Notes: a model not told the origin generated them from the letters alone. A stretch of DNA of 64,000 nucleotides from Schleiferiaceae bacterium (GCA_965204625.1 CBDBET010000005.1:112385-176384), one strand, 5' to 3'. Counted from the first letter of the stretch, positions 20,901 to 31,073 are shown. Numbers and translations are program-made.

Positions 20901-22283
20901 GCACCGGCCGATTCGACCTACTGGTGCCACGGCTCGTCTTCAGTGACCTGTCCAACTATTGATTTAGACGCGTACAGCGGTACTACTGGGGTCCGGGTTA
21001 AATTCGTCGCAGTGAATGGCTATGGAAATAATATATATCTAGATAATATTAATATTTCAGGCCAAGCTCAATTACCTCCTGTTGCCGCTTTCACGGGTGA
21101 TACCGCCGGTTGTACAGGGAAGACATTACAATTCTATGACTATACTGCACCGTCTGCAGCATCGCGCATGTGGTCATTCCAAGGCGGAACACCGAGCACC
21201 AGCACTTCTGCGAATCCATCAGTGACCTATGCGACTTCGGGTACTTACGATGTTAAACTAGTAGTTGCTAATGCTGCGGGAGTTGACTCTGTAGTATTGT
21301 CTAACTATGTAACCATCATCAATGCTCCTTCAGCGGGTATTGCACTTACGAGTTCAGCATCTGCTGCACTCTGTAATGGCGATAGCGCAACATTTACGGC
21401 AACTCCAACCAATGGTGGATTGAATCCAACAATAAATTGGATCCTGAACGGTTCAGTGGTCGCAAGCAATACATTCACGTATGGAGGTACTTTCGCAAAT
21501 AACGACGTACTTAAAGTAGAAATGATAAGCGCAGACGATTGTGTCGCTAATCCGGTAGTAGCTGACTCTACAATCTTATCAGTGAACAGCCTTCCTGCTG
21601 TTACACTTGGTTCGCAAGGTTATGTTTGTGAATTGGATGGGCCTAAACTTCTTTCAGGCGGCCAGCCTGCTGGCGGTGTGTATAGCGGTTCTGGTATAGT
21701 CAATGATAGCATTTACCCGGCATCGGCGGGAGTTGGCTCTCATTGGGTTTATTACACATACACGGATGTTACTACAGGTTGCTCACGGACAAAACAACGT
21801 GCAATTAGTGTACAACCGGCACCCGGTAAACCAACGGTTTCTCAGAACACTGCTGGAGAGCTCGAGGCAGCAACGCCTGCGGGAACCTTTACGTATGAAT
21901 GGTTGGACGCAAACATGAATCCAATTAGTGGGGCAAACGGAGCGACTTTCTTGCCGCAATCGAATGGAGATTATTACGTTCGAATAGTCTCAAATATTCA
22001 GTGCTCGAACGTTTCAGATGCCTACAGCGTGATGAACATAGGTCTAGGTGAAGCTTTGACTTCAGGTTGGAGTGTATATCCAAACCCGGCACAAAAAGTA
22101 TTGACTCTTCGTGTTGAAGGAGCTGCAGATGTACGCTTGTTAGACGCTTCGGGAAGATTAGTATACTCTGGCAGAGTAAGCGGAGAGGCACAGTTGGACG
22201 TGCAAGATTGGGCACGCGGTACCTATGTGCTTCAGATTATAACCGATGCCGGTGTAGCGAATGAAGCGATTGTATTGCAATAA
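17947..22283 (+). pseudogene. BNR/Asp-box beta-propeller (sortilin/VPS10-like) + PKD/Ig-like + T9SS type-A CTD surface protein, interrupted by two +1 frameshifts (or sequence errors)
   Basis: Three collinear ORFs (17947-20406, 20423-20812, 20799-22283). At least 9 Asp-boxes are present (SYDDGQSWT, STDGGTTWN, SLDAGDTWS, STNGGSNWT...). A PKD-like module spans the junction near 20329 and an Asp-box spans the junction near 20798. C-terminal CTD (WSVYPNPAQKVLTL...GTYVLQIITDAGVANEAIVLQ). Confidence 0.8.
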
Positions 22284-22302
22284 GTTTAAACTTTGATAAA
22301 AG

Positions 22303-22337
22303 AAAAAGCCCCGAAGCATACGCTTCGGGGCTTTTTT
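22303..22337. terminator. bidirectional intrinsic terminator between convergent T9SS gene and purQ
   Basis: AAAAA-GCCCCGAAGC-ATAC-GCTTCGGGGC-TTTTTT. Confidence 0.88.
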
Positions 22338-22358
22338 ATATCTAAAAATCTAGAGCGA

Positions 22359-23054
22359 TTATGCAACAACCATATGTGCAATCATGCTTTTGAATAATTC
22401 CAAACCGTCTTCATTCTTAAGCTCTGCATCAGCTGCGCGCTCCGGATGAGGCATCATACCAAAAACGTTTTTAGCCGCATTAGAAACTCCTGCAATGTTC
22501 TCTAGCGCGCCGTTAGGATTAACGGCAGCACCAACTTCTCCTTCAGCAGTGCTGTATTGGAAAAGGATTTGATCGTTAGCTTTTAATTCTGCCAATGTTT
22601 CCACTGAACAGTAGTAGTTTCCTTCACCATGGGCGATAGGAATTTTATAGCCACGCGTGTGGTCTAGATCTGCGCTAATACCGGCCGATTTAGAAACGGG
22701 TTTGATGTAGACGTTTTTACAAATGAACTTATGGCTGTCGTTGTGGCGAAGCGCTCCAGGCAACAATCCACTTTCTGTAAGGATTTGGAATCCATTACAA
22801 ACGCCTAAGACGTATCCGCCATTGTTCGCAAATTCAATAACACTACCCATGATAGGGCTCATCTTTGCGATGGCGCCTGAACGCAAGTAATCCCCATAAG
22901 AGAAACCGCCCGGCAATACTACACAATCTACTCCTTGAAGATCTGTGTCTTTGTGCCATAAATTGACTGTTTCATGTCCCATAATGGTTCCGAGTACGTA
23001 TAGCATGTCGTGGTCACAGTTGGACCCTGGGAAGGTGATTACACCGAATTTCAT
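22359..23054 (-). CDS. purQ: phosphoribosylformylglycinamidine synthase subunit PurQ (glutaminase)
   Basis: 231 aa. MKFGVITFPGSNCDHDM..., catalytic GVCNGFQIL, and C-terminal MMPHPER. Confidence 0.95.
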   Translation of the reverse strand: MKFGVITFPGSNCDHDMLYVLGTIMGHETVNLWHKDTDLQGVDCVVLPGGFSYGDYLRSGAIAKMSPIMGSVIEFANNGGYVLGVCNGFQILTESGLLPGALRHNDSHKFICKNVYIKPVSKSAGISADLDHTRGYKIPIAHGEGNYYCSVETLAELKANDQILFQYSTAEGEVGAAVNPNGALENIAGVSNAAKNVFGMMPHPERAADAELKNEDGLELFKSMIAHMVVA

Positions 23055-23079
23055 AGCAATTGGCTTAAAATAATTTTAG

Positions 23080-23087
23080 CAAAGGTA
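23080..23087 (-). promoter_or_regulatory. candidate -7 box (TAnnTTTG) for purQ
   Basis: Minus-strand TACCTTTG, 25 nt upstream of the purQ ATG. Confidence 0.35.
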
Positions 23088-23221
23088 CGTGCTTTTGGTT
23101 GAATATGCGACTGCGAAACCCTATGGGATCTATCTAGTTGTTGCCATTTTAATCGTGTGGATATTGTGCATCGAAAAAACTTGTCGACACGTCTTTTTTT
23201 GCGCTTTCCTTAGAGCACAGT

Positions 23222-25546
23222 TTATGGATTGTAAATCGATAGGGGCAGATTTTTTATCTGTCGCGTTGACGCATTTATTAGTAGGATTTGAAGGGAATAA
23301 ATTCCAGTAGACAAATCCTTTTCATCCCACAGATAAGGGCCTATTCCGATAGGGTTATTTCCGGAGATTCCTTCGAAGGAATACCAAAGGGTGATGGGGC
23401 GGCCGCCACGATCTAAAAGCCGAATGGATAGGAGGTCTCCTGCTGCCATCGATATCCACAATTCGGTTGAAGGAAGGTAATGGTTAGGGTCAAAGCTGAG
23501 ATGGGCGCGTTCAAGGTGCGCGCTTAGTTCAATGCCCGGCGCAGCCCAGGTGCAGCTGTTGGGTGCGTTCGGTGAAGCTTCTGAAGGGCAGCACCAGCGT
23601 GCATGGTGGGGTACCCAATTCGAGGGAGCCCGGCCGGGGCTGTGCAAGGAGATGCGTTCCCAGCTTCGGTGTTCTAACGGGACTTCCCATGGGCTGTAGG
23701 TCATCTCGTCAAAGGTTCGTGCATCTGTTCCTTGTAAGAGCAGTGAGGTCGAGTCGTTTGGCAAAGATGTGGGGCTTGAAAAGGCACGAAGTTGTTGAGG
23801 GGCCAGCAATGGCAAGAGGGGTAATGGTAGCGCGCAGAACTCTGGAGGGGTATCATAAAATCGGTGCGCGGAAGTTCCAGAGGCACTTGTTTTTATGAGG
23901 CGCAGTGGATCGAGGCGAATGGGTCGATGGCTGGTGGAAGCCAATTCTATGAATTCTTCTAATTGGTCCGGAGCAGGATGGACTTCATTGAAGAACACTG
24001 TTCCTGAATCAGGAAATGCGGCAGGCAAAAGATGTAGGCTTGAATCTCCCAGTAGCGGCGGTAGCGCCGTTTGTAGAATGGGAAGCAGGAAAGGTGCATC
24101 GGAGGTCCATTGTGCTTGCAGTTGTGGTGAAAGCAGGTGTAGGTAGGAATAGAGCGAATGGGAAAATTGAACGTAATTGATACCGTTTTCATCCCCAAAA
24201 AGACCATTGGGTGGGTTTTTAGGAAGATTTTTAGACGGAATAGGTCCTGTAACGGGTGTTGCAGTGGGAACTACGCGCCACTGGGTATTGGTGTAGGACA
24301 TGGAATCTGCCAGTAGTAGAAAATCACCAAAAGACTGATGCGGAGCATATGGAAAATCATAAGGTTGAACGGCGACAGGTATGCCTTCATTTTTTAGGAC
24401 GAGTACCCCTTCGTCGGGTAGAGAAAACCCAGGAATTAATCGTGCGTTTTGAGTGTTTCCGTAGCGTATTGTCCCAGAATCTATGGGGCAATGATTTGTT
24501 TTTTTAGCTCCACTCTTCGAGATGAGATCGATCTGGGCCTTGGGCATTGGGACAGGACTGTAGGCAATAAAATAATCGCCGTTGTTCCCTTCAATCTGGT
24601 GGATGCCGATAATTTGTACGCTTTGACGATCAGGATAGTCGAGCAGCACAGAGTCTGTAGCAAAAAAGGTGAGATTACCGGCTGTATCGACGGCTAGAGG
24701 AACCTCTATAGACCATCGACCCAGAGGAATGGGCCGATCGAAGAACACGTCCCAATACGATGGTCCTAGATACGGATACAATGCGGTATCCATGGGTTTT
24801 CCTTGTTGCGAACGTATAATGACACCGTTTAGACTACCGGGTGCAGGTAAGGTAGGTTCGGACCAGTTCAGCCTGAGCTGTTGCGGTGACAAAATCTCAA
24901 TACTTTGCAATTTCGGTGCGATGGTATCACGAAAAGCGTAGCCTTCTGCCCTCAATGTTGAAAACAAAAATTTATCCACACGGCTTGAGGTATAGGCGCA
25001 TTGCACGCTGAGACTTTTTGAGGAACGAAGGGTGCTATCGGTCGTGCTGAACAAGAGCGAGTCCGCATCGTATACATGAAAGGTGTAGTTGCTGTCCCGT
25101 TCAATCCGCAAAGCAACAGCGACTTCATTTCGGTTAACGTAGCCTGCAATCGAAGCGAGAACACTGTCTTTTTCTGGCGTATGTAAGATTAAAGAAAGAT
25201 CATCGCCACTGGAGCCGGACAGTTGAATGGCGTAAAAACTAGGGACCGATTCGATGAATCTAAAGCTGCAAAAATTAGCACTGGAGGGATTGAATTCCAT
25301 ACGCATTTGAAGGCGCCAACTTCCATGGACTGCAGCGCGACTCTTGCGACGCCATTCCAAAGAACCCGCAGCAGGCGCAGCACTCCGCAACCCATCTGAT
25401 GAAAATTGCATCCATGCGGTATCGCCCTCCCAGTCAGCATCTGGCGCGGTTAAAGAGTCTAAAAGTTGATAAAATTGGCCCGTGGCGGCGTTAAAAATCA
25501 GGCAAAAACAGAGCGTTACTGCATTGCGAAACAAGTCGGTGAACAT
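23222..25546 (-). CDS. secreted lamin-tail-domain (LTD) protein with C-terminal T9SS/FlgD-Ig-like beta-sandwich; function unknown
   Basis: 774 aa with an N-terminal signal-like segment (LCFCLIFNAATGQ). LTD-like block (VFFNEVHPAPDQLEEFIELASTSHRPIRL...HRSWERISL). The C-terminus (LLSIRLLDRGGRPITLW...STGIYSLQILL) resembles sorting/Ig-like domains. Confidence 0.6.
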   Translation of the reverse strand: MFTDLFRNAVTLCFCLIFNAATGQFYQLLDSLTAPDADWEGDTAWMQFSSDGLRSAAPAAGSLEWRRKSRAAVHGSWRLQMRMEFNPSSANFCSFRFIESVPSFYAIQLSGSSGDDLSLILHTPEKDSVLASIAGYVNRNEVAVALRIERDSNYTFHVYDADSLLFSTTDSTLRSSKSLSVQCAYTSSRVDKFLFSTLRAEGYAFRDTIAPKLQSIEILSPQQLRLNWSEPTLPAPGSLNGVIIRSQQGKPMDTALYPYLGPSYWDVFFDRPIPLGRWSIEVPLAVDTAGNLTFFATDSVLLDYPDRQSVQIIGIHQIEGNNGDYFIAYSPVPMPKAQIDLISKSGAKKTNHCPIDSGTIRYGNTQNARLIPGFSLPDEGVLVLKNEGIPVAVQPYDFPYAPHQSFGDFLLLADSMSYTNTQWRVVPTATPVTGPIPSKNLPKNPPNGLFGDENGINYVQFSHSLYSYLHLLSPQLQAQWTSDAPFLLPILQTALPPLLGDSSLHLLPAAFPDSGTVFFNEVHPAPDQLEEFIELASTSHRPIRLDPLRLIKTSASGTSAHRFYDTPPEFCALPLPLLPLLAPQQLRAFSSPTSLPNDSTSLLLQGTDARTFDEMTYSPWEVPLEHRSWERISLHSPGRAPSNWVPHHARWCCPSEASPNAPNSCTWAAPGIELSAHLERAHLSFDPNHYLPSTELWISMAAGDLLSIRLLDRGGRPITLWYSFEGISGNNPIGIGPYLWDEKDLSTGIYSLQILLINASTRQIKNLPLSIYNP

Positions 25547-25561
25547 AAGACAGTTTAGAAG

Positions 25562-25569
25562 TAGCTTTG
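25562..25569 (+). promoter_or_regulatory. candidate -7 box (TAnnTTTG) for asd
   Basis: TAGCTTTG, 30 nt upstream of ATG 25600. Confidence 0.4.
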
Positions 25570-25599
25570 TGGGGTACTATATAAGTTAAGTCAATTTTT

Positions 25600-26592
25600 A
25601 TGAGAATTGCAGTTGTTGGCGCCACTGGAATGGTTGGCCAGATTATTTTGAAGGTATTGGCAGAACGCAGTTTCCCTGTCACGGAACTTATTCCCGTGGC
25701 ATCAGAACGTAGTGTGGGAAAATCGGTGGCTTTTGGTGGACGGGATTGGACCATTCAAAGCCTGCAGGCGGCTGTTGCTGCCGAGCCTGATCTAGCACTT
25801 TTCTCCGCAGGAGGCGAGACCTCACTCGAGTGGGCCCCAAAATTTGCGGCCGCAGGAACGCGTGTCGTTGACAATTCTAGTGCATGGCGGATGGATGCCG
25901 ATAAAAAATTGGTCGTACCAGAAATTAACGCGGACGAATTAACTGCGGAAGATTTCATCATTGCAAATCCCAATTGTTCGACCATTCAATTGGTCATGGC
26001 ACTGCACCCGTTGCACAAAGCTTTTGGGGCGAAGCGCGTCATAGTCAGTACCTATCAGAGCGTTACCGGAACGGGTAAGGCGGCTGTTGATCAGCTCGAG
26101 GGTGAGCGTAATGGCGAAGATCCACATATGGTTTACCCCTATAAAATTGACCGCAATTGCATCCCACACTGCGACATCTTCCTTGAGAACGATTACACAA
26201 AAGAGGAAATGAAAATGACCCAGGAAACGGTTAAAATCATCGGCGATGCAGGCATTAAACTTTCGGCTACAGCAGTTCGCGTTCCGGTGCAGGGCGGACA
26301 CAGTGAAAGTGTGAACGTAGAATTTGAGCGCGAATTCACCTTAGACGCGGTGCGAAAGATTTTAAACGATACTCCAGGTATTACTCTGCAGGATCGTCCG
26401 GAATTCAATACCTATCCGATGCCACTGATGGCAGAGGGAAAGGACGATGTATTTGTGGGTCGATTACGTCGCGATTTCACCACCGGTCGCGCGCTCAATC
26501 TTTGGATTGTGAGCGATAACCTGCGTAAAGGCGCCGCTACGAATACCGTCCAGATTGCTGAGGTCTTACTTAAAAAAGGGTTCATCGGATAA
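25600..26592 (+). CDS. asd: aspartate-semialdehyde dehydrogenase
   Basis: 330 aa. MRIAVVGATGMVGQ Rossmann start, active-site IANPNCSTIQL, and C-terminal DNLRKGAATN. Confidence 0.96.
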   Translation: MRIAVVGATGMVGQIILKVLAERSFPVTELIPVASERSVGKSVAFGGRDWTIQSLQAAVAAEPDLALFSAGGETSLEWAPKFAAAGTRVVDNSSAWRMDADKKLVVPEINADELTAEDFIIANPNCSTIQLVMALHPLHKAFGAKRVIVSTYQSVTGTGKAAVDQLEGERNGEDPHMVYPYKIDRNCIPHCDIFLENDYTKEEMKMTQETVKIIGDAGIKLSATAVRVPVQGGHSESVNVEFEREFTLDAVRKILNDTPGITLQDRPEFNTYPMPLMAEGKDDVFVGRLRRDFTTGRALNLWIVSDNLRKGAATNTVQIAEVLLKKGFIG

Positions 26593-26650
26593 TTTTTAAT
26601 TCGATCGTACTTCAGTCGAACCACCTTTATCGTTTTTGCGTTACTTAGGT

Positions 26651-27250
26651 ATGAAAATTAAAGCAATAGCAATGGCTTTGTTCGCCTTTCTGGCGAGCTG
26701 TACGGCCCAAACCAACAAGAAGATGAGCGACGCATATGCGATGGCCACCATACCGGCACCCGAAGAAGGACAAGAAGTAGCGGTCTTGGCATCGGGATGT
26801 TTTTGGGGCACAGAATTTTACTTACAAAAAATACCAGGTGTGCTTGCAACGACTTGTGGATATACCGGTGGAATGGTTAAGAACCCCACCTATCGTGAGG
26901 TCTGCAGTAAGCGTACGGGTCACTACGAAGCAGTACATGTAGTGTTTGATCCGGAGAAGGTTTCGTTTGAAGAGATCGCTCGCGTATTTTTTGAAACGCA
27001 CGACCCCACACAACGCAATGGTCAAGGTCCTGATATAGGCCCGCAGTACCGTAGTGCGGTATTTTTTCAGAACCAGGCACAACGTGAGGTTACTGAAAAA
27101 CTCATAAGTCTACTCGAAACGAAGGGCTATGACGTGGCCACTGAGGTGCTGCCAGCGGCAACCTTCTATTCTGCTGAAAACTACCACCAAGATTATTACG
27201 ACAATAAAGGAGGCACTCCGTATTGTCACGCCCCGAGGAAACTGTTTTAA
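26651..27250 (+). CDS. msrA: peptide-methionine (S)-S-oxide reductase MsrA, predicted lipoprotein
   Basis: Catalytic GCFWGTE motif, preceded by signal peptide plus lipobox MKIKAIAMALFAFLASC. The track start at 26636 lies upstream; ATG 26651 gives a canonical signal peptide. Confidence 0.9.
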   Translation: MKIKAIAMALFAFLASCTAQTNKKMSDAYAMATIPAPEEGQEVAVLASGCFWGTEFYLQKIPGVLATTCGYTGGMVKNPTYREVCSKRTGHYEAVHVVFDPEKVSFEEIARVFFETHDPTQRNGQGPDIGPQYRSAVFFQNQAQREVTEKLISLLETKGYDVATEVLPAATFYSAENYHQDYYDNKGGTPYCHAPRKLF

Positions 27251-27271
27251 TTGCAAAAAAAATGGCGAAAA

Positions 27272-27306
27272 TAAAAAGCCCGGCGCAACGCGCCGGGCTT
27301 TTTTTA
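27272..27306. terminator. bidirectional intrinsic terminator between convergent msrA and accC
   Basis: AAAAA-GCCCGGCGC-AAC-GCGCCGGGC-TTTTTTT. Confidence 0.88.
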
Positions 27307-27326
27307 TACAATCTTGGCTTGACCGC

Positions 27327-28667
27327 TTATTCGACCAATTCGAAATCATCCATAAATTTAGTAGTGTAAACACCTCTACGGAAGTCTTCATTTTGCAACA
27401 ACTGCTGGTGGAATGGTATAGTCGTTTTCACACCTTCAATAACGAATTCACCTAAGGCGCGCTCAAGCTTATCAATAGCTTCATCACGTGTGCGTGCAGT
27501 GACAATCAATTTAGCAATCATTGAATCGTAAAACGGTGGAATCATATATCCGCTGTAACAATGAGTATCTAAACGTACACCATGACCTCCTGGCGCATGG
27601 AACGAGGCAATCATTCCTGGCGATGGACGGAAGTCGTTAAAAGCGTCTTCAGCATTAATCCGAACTTCTATACTGTGCATTTCTGGGAAATAGTTTTTGC
27701 CCGTGATTTTTTCTCCGGCAGCAACTTTGATTTGCTCACGAATCAAATCAAACCCTACCACTTGCTCTGTGATCGGATGTTCCACTTGAATACGTGTATT
27801 CATTTCCATGAAGTAGAAGTTCCGGTCTTTATCAACCAAAAACTCAACCGTCCCAGCTCCTTCATAGGCAATGAATTCTGCAGCTTTAACAGCAGCATCT
27901 CCCATTTTCTTACGGAGCTTATCAGTCATGAACGGCGAAGGCGTCTCCTCAACCAATTTTTGGTGTCGACGCTGTACCGAACAATCACGCTCAGATAAAT
28001 GACAGGCTTTACCATAACTATCACCGATCACTTGGATTTCGATGTGTCGTGGCTCTAGAATGAGTTTCTCCATATACATGCCGTCGTTACCAAAGGCAGC
28101 AGCAGATTCTCTTCGTGCACTTTTCCAAGCACCCTCTAGTTCACTTTCTGCAAAAATTGCGCGCATACCCTTACCACCACCGCCTGCGGTAGCCTTCATC
28201 ATCACTGGGTAGCCTATTTTCTTTGCTGTTTTTCGTGCATGCTCGAGGGAATCCAGAATACCTTCAGAACCCGGTACACACGGTACACCTGCTTCTTTCA
28301 TGGTTTCCTTAGCCGTCGCTTTATCTCCCATCTTATCGATCTGATCTCCTGTAGCACCAATAAACTTAATACCGTGCTCTGCACAAATCCTTGAGAATTT
28401 TGCGTTTTCACTTAAGAATCCATAGCCTGGGTGAATGGCATCCGCATTCGTAATTTCGGCAGCGGCGATAATGTTCGGAATACTTAAGTAGCTTTCAGAT
28501 GAAGCAGCAGGTCCGATACAAACTGCTTCGTCGGCAAAGCGAACGTGCAGGGAGTCAGCATCTGCTTTTGAATAAACAGCAACCGTTTTGATGCCCATTT
28601 CTTTACACGTGCGAATGACGCGAAGGGCAATCTCACCACGGTTGGCAATGAGTACTTTCTTAAACAT
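27327..28667 (-). CDS. accC: acetyl-CoA carboxylase biotin carboxylase subunit
   Basis: 446 aa. [26 protein letters not shown]..., ATP-grasp motifs, [14 protein letters not shown]. Confidence 0.98.
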   Translation of the reverse strand: MFKKVLIANRGEIALRVIRTCKEMGIKTVAVYSKADADSLHVRFADEAVCIGPAASSESYLSIPNIIAAAEITNADAIHPGYGFLSENAKFSRICAEHGIKFIGATGDQIDKMGDKATAKETMKEAGVPCVPGSEGILDSLEHARKTAKKIGYPVMMKATAGGGGKGMRAIFAESELEGAWKSARRESAAAFGNDGMYMEKLILEPRHIEIQVIGDSYGKACHLSERDCSVQRRHQKLVEETPSPFMTDKLRKKMGDAAVKAAEFIAYEGAGTVEFLVDKDRNFYFMEMNTRIQVEHPITEQVVGFDLIREQIKVAAGEKITGKNYFPEMHSIEVRINAEDAFNDFRPSPGMIASFHAPGGHGVRLDTHCYSGYMIPPFYDSMIAKLIVTARTRDEAIDKLERALGEFVIEGVKTTIPFHQQLLQNEDFRRGVYTTKFMDDFELVE

Positions 28668-28689
28668 AACCTTGTAGGTTTAAACTGAA

Positions 28690-29181
28690 TTAAGAAGGAT
28701 CAACCAAAAATAATGGCTGGTCGTATTCTATTGGAGTTTGATCGTCTGCAAGAATCTTGACAATCTTACCGCTGATTTCACTTTCGATTTCATTGAAAAG
28801 CTTCATGGCTTCTACGATACAAAGTACATCGCCCGGCTTGATCGAATCACCCACTTTTACGAACGCATCTTGATCTGGTGATGGCGTGCGGTAGAATGTC
28901 CCAATCATTGGAGAATTGATAGTGATGTAATTAGCGTTTTCGTCAGCTTCTGCTGGTGCAGGCGCCGCTGGCGCTGCTTCTACAGGCGCTGGCGCTGCCG
29001 CTGCCGCCGCTGGCGCCGCCGGCATTTGTTGCGGTGCAACGGCCTGTATAATCGTAGGCTGTTCACTAGCATCAGGGCCGGTCTTAATGTTAATCTTGAA
29101 ATCTTCTGTTTCTAAGCTCACTTCTTGAGCACCACTTTTGGCGACAAATTTGATGAGCGCCTGGATTTCTTTCAAGTCCAT
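28690..29181 (-). CDS. accB: acetyl-CoA carboxylase biotin carboxyl carrier protein
   Basis: 163 aa with an Ala/Pro linker and the biotinylation motif [13 protein letters not shown]. Immediately upstream of accC. Confidence 0.96.
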   Translation of the reverse strand: MDLKEIQALIKFVAKSGAQEVSLETEDFKINIKTGPDASEQPTIIQAVAPQQMPAAPAAAAAAPAPVEAAPAAPAPAEADENANYITINSPMIGTFYRTPSPDQDAFVKVGDSIKPGDVLCIVEAMKLFNEIESEISGKIVKILADDQTPIEYDQPLFLVDPS

Positions 29182-29214
29182 TTTTAAATGTATTTAGGAA
29201 TATGAAGTTACGAG

Positions 29215-30207
29215 TTATTTTTTATCAATGGCCCATTTTATCCACATGGCGCCCCAGGTAAATCCACCACCAAATGCGGCAAAGAAGATGTTATCTCCTT
29301 TCTTGAATTTGTCTCTGTAATCCCATAGTCCTAGAGGGATAGTAGCCGATGTGGTATTGCCGTAATTTTGAATGTTGATGACTACTTTGTCTTTAGTCAA
29401 TTCCATACGACGCGCAGTAGCATCGATAATTCTTAGATTGGCTTGGTGTGGCACTAAGTAAGCCACATCTTCACCTGTAAGATTGTTTTTTTCGAGCAGT
29501 TCAGCCGAGGTGTCTGCCATACGGCTCACGGCAAAACGGAATACGCTTTGTCCTTCTTGACGAATGGCATGTTGTTTATTATCGATAGTCTCGTGTGAAG
29601 GTGGGAGGAAAGAACCACCTGCCTCTATTCGGAGAAAATCGCGCCCTGTTGCGTCTGTTCTAAGAATTTCGTCTTGAACACCAAGGTCTTCTTGGTTAGG
29701 CTCCATAAGTACTACGCCACAACCGTCACCAAAAAGAATACAAGTTGTACGGTCAGTGTAGTCTACAATGGAAGACATTACATCCGATCCCACGACGAGA
29801 ACTTTTTTGTATTTCCCGCTTTCAATGTATGCAGCAGCGTTACTAACAGCATAAAGGAAAGAAGAACAAGCTGCTTGCAGGTCAAATGCGTATGCGTTTG
29901 TTGCGCCAATTTCTTGAGCGATGTACGCTGAGGTTATGGCAACAGGCATATCCGGTGTTACGGAGGCGAGTATAACGAGATCTACGTCGTCAACGGTAAC
30001 ACCATATTCGTTTTTCATGGCTTCAACAGCCTTGATAGCGAGGTACGATGCGCCCATTCCTTCTTCAGGCTTTAGGATGCGACGTTCCTTGATGCCTGTG
30101 CGTGTAGTAATCCACTCGTCATTGGTTTCGACCATGGTTGCCAATTCTTCGTTGGTCAACACATACTCTGGAACGTATCCGCCGATAGCGGTGATTGCTG
30201 CTTTCAT
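29215..30207 (-). CDS. fabH: 3-oxoacyl-ACP synthase III
   Basis: 330 aa with active-site context AFDLQAACSSFLYA, HQANLRI and GNTTSATIP. Confidence 0.95.
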   Translation of the reverse strand: MKAAITAIGGYVPEYVLTNEELATMVETNDEWITTRTGIKERRILKPEEGMGASYLAIKAVEAMKNEYGVTVDDVDLVILASVTPDMPVAITSAYIAQEIGATNAYAFDLQAACSSFLYAVSNAAAYIESGKYKKVLVVGSDVMSSIVDYTDRTTCILFGDGCGVVLMEPNQEDLGVQDEILRTDATGRDFLRIEAGGSFLPPSHETIDNKQHAIRQEGQSVFRFAVSRMADTSAELLEKNNLTGEDVAYLVPHQANLRIIDATARRMELTKDKVVINIQNYGNTTSATIPLGLWDYRDKFKKGDNIFFAAFGGGFTWGAMWIKWAIDKK

Positions 30208-30261
30208 GGTTTCTTCAGTTGTAGGGGGCTAAAATAGCCTGTGTGGAACACTTAAAGGGGT

Positions 30262-30300
30262 ATAAAAAAGAAAAAGTAGCCCAAAATGGAGCTACTTTTT
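30262..30300 (-). terminator. intrinsic terminator/attenuator between rpmF and fabH
   Basis: On the minus strand: AAAAAGTAGC-TCCATTTTGG-GCTACT followed by TTTTCTTTTTT. Begins about 27 nt after the rpmF stop. Confidence 0.6.
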
Positions 30301-30326
30301 TAACAATCAATGTTTTATAGAATGGC

Positions 30327-30509
30327 TTAAGCCTTTTCCATAACTACCTTGCCCTTGTAGTACAACTTACCTTCGTGCCAATGCGCGCGGTGGTACAGGT
30401 GGGCTTCACCAGTGGTTGGGCAGATAGCCAATTGCTGATCAGCTGCCTTGTAGTGTGTTCTACGCTTGTCTCTTCTCGTGCTCGACTGTCTGCGTTTAGG
30501 ATGTGCCAT
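30327..30509 (-). CDS. rpmF: 50S ribosomal protein L32
   Basis: 60 aa, [21 protein letters not shown]..., downstream of a YceD-like gene. Confidence 0.95.
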   Translation of the reverse strand: MAHPKRRQSSTRRDKRRTHYKAADQQLAICPTTGEAHLYHRAHWHEGKLYYKGKVVMEKA

Positions 30510-30519
30510 CTCTACTTAA

Positions 30520-31020
30520 TTATTTATTCAACAAGTTTTTTAGTTGATCCCATCTAGGATCTGTCTTTTCTTCTGTTTCGTCGTCTTCCTCCTCAATTAA
30601 ATCTTCAAGACCATTACCGGCATTCGGGCCTAAGAGCTTCGATGGAATACTGAGTACGACCAATTCATAGAGCATTTGAGCTGCGTTAAACTGGTAGTTG
30701 CCGTGAGGCAAAATGAGGAGCTCCTCATTTTCATCATTGTATTCATCGCCGAACTTAACTTGCATTACAAAGCTATTTTCTAGTGCCTGCGTGTACATTT
30801 CATTAGTAATGTCACAGGGAACTTCTATGCTTCCAGCAAAATGCAATTCCAAATCTAGAACCGTTTCACTTTTCAACATTTTTAGCTCAGTCGTGCCACG
30901 TAAACCGCGGTAGTCTGAATATTCAAAGAGCGTAAAGAACGTATCATCCAAATCATACTGGAACTCGTGTTGTCCTAACGCTAAGCCTCTAAAGGCAATA
31001 TCAAAATCGCGTTTTTTCAC
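30520..31020 (-). CDS. YceD/DUF177 family protein
   Basis: 166-aa acidic protein directly upstream of rpmF (conserved yceD-rpmF pairing). Contains an EVPCDITNE-like motif. Confidence 0.8.
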   Translation of the reverse strand: MKKRDFDIAFRGLALGQHEFQYDLDDTFFTLFEYSDYRGLRGTTELKMLKSETVLDLELHFAGSIEVPCDITNEMYTQALENSFVMQVKFGDEYNDENEELLILPHGNYQFNAAQMLYELVVLSIPSKLLGPNAGNGLEDLIEEEDDETEEKTDPRWDQLKNLLNK

Positions 31021-31073
31021 AGGTCAAGTATCACTGAATGAGCGGGCAAAGATATTGAAATTGTTGAAAACTT

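Noticed and set aside
22359-23054. Stand-alone purQ without adjacent purS/purL as a possible anomaly.
   Set aside because: Split FGAM synthase subunits are often dispersed in bacterial genomes. Nothing in the sequence itself is unusual, and the rest of the pathway cannot be assessed from this window.
23174-23200. A-run/GTCGAC palindrome/T-run (AAAAAACTTGTCGACACGTCTTTTTTT) downstream of the LTD-protein gene as a possible terminator.
   Set aside because: Only a 3-bp loopless GTCGAC palindrome, or an all-A/T stem with a bulge, can form. That is too weak to call an intrinsic terminator with any confidence.
23563-25440. About ten alternative-frame or antisense ORFs of 60-111 aa inside the LTD-protein gene.
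   Set aside because: They are mutually overlapping, Arg/Gly/Cys-rich and without start-site context. They are best explained as by-products of the locally GC-rich composition, and were used only as evidence for that anomaly.
29921-30232. 103-aa plus-strand ORF antisense to the 5' end of fabH (also 29674-29931).
   Set aside because: It is entirely within the strongly supported fabH frame and has no independent signals or motifs.
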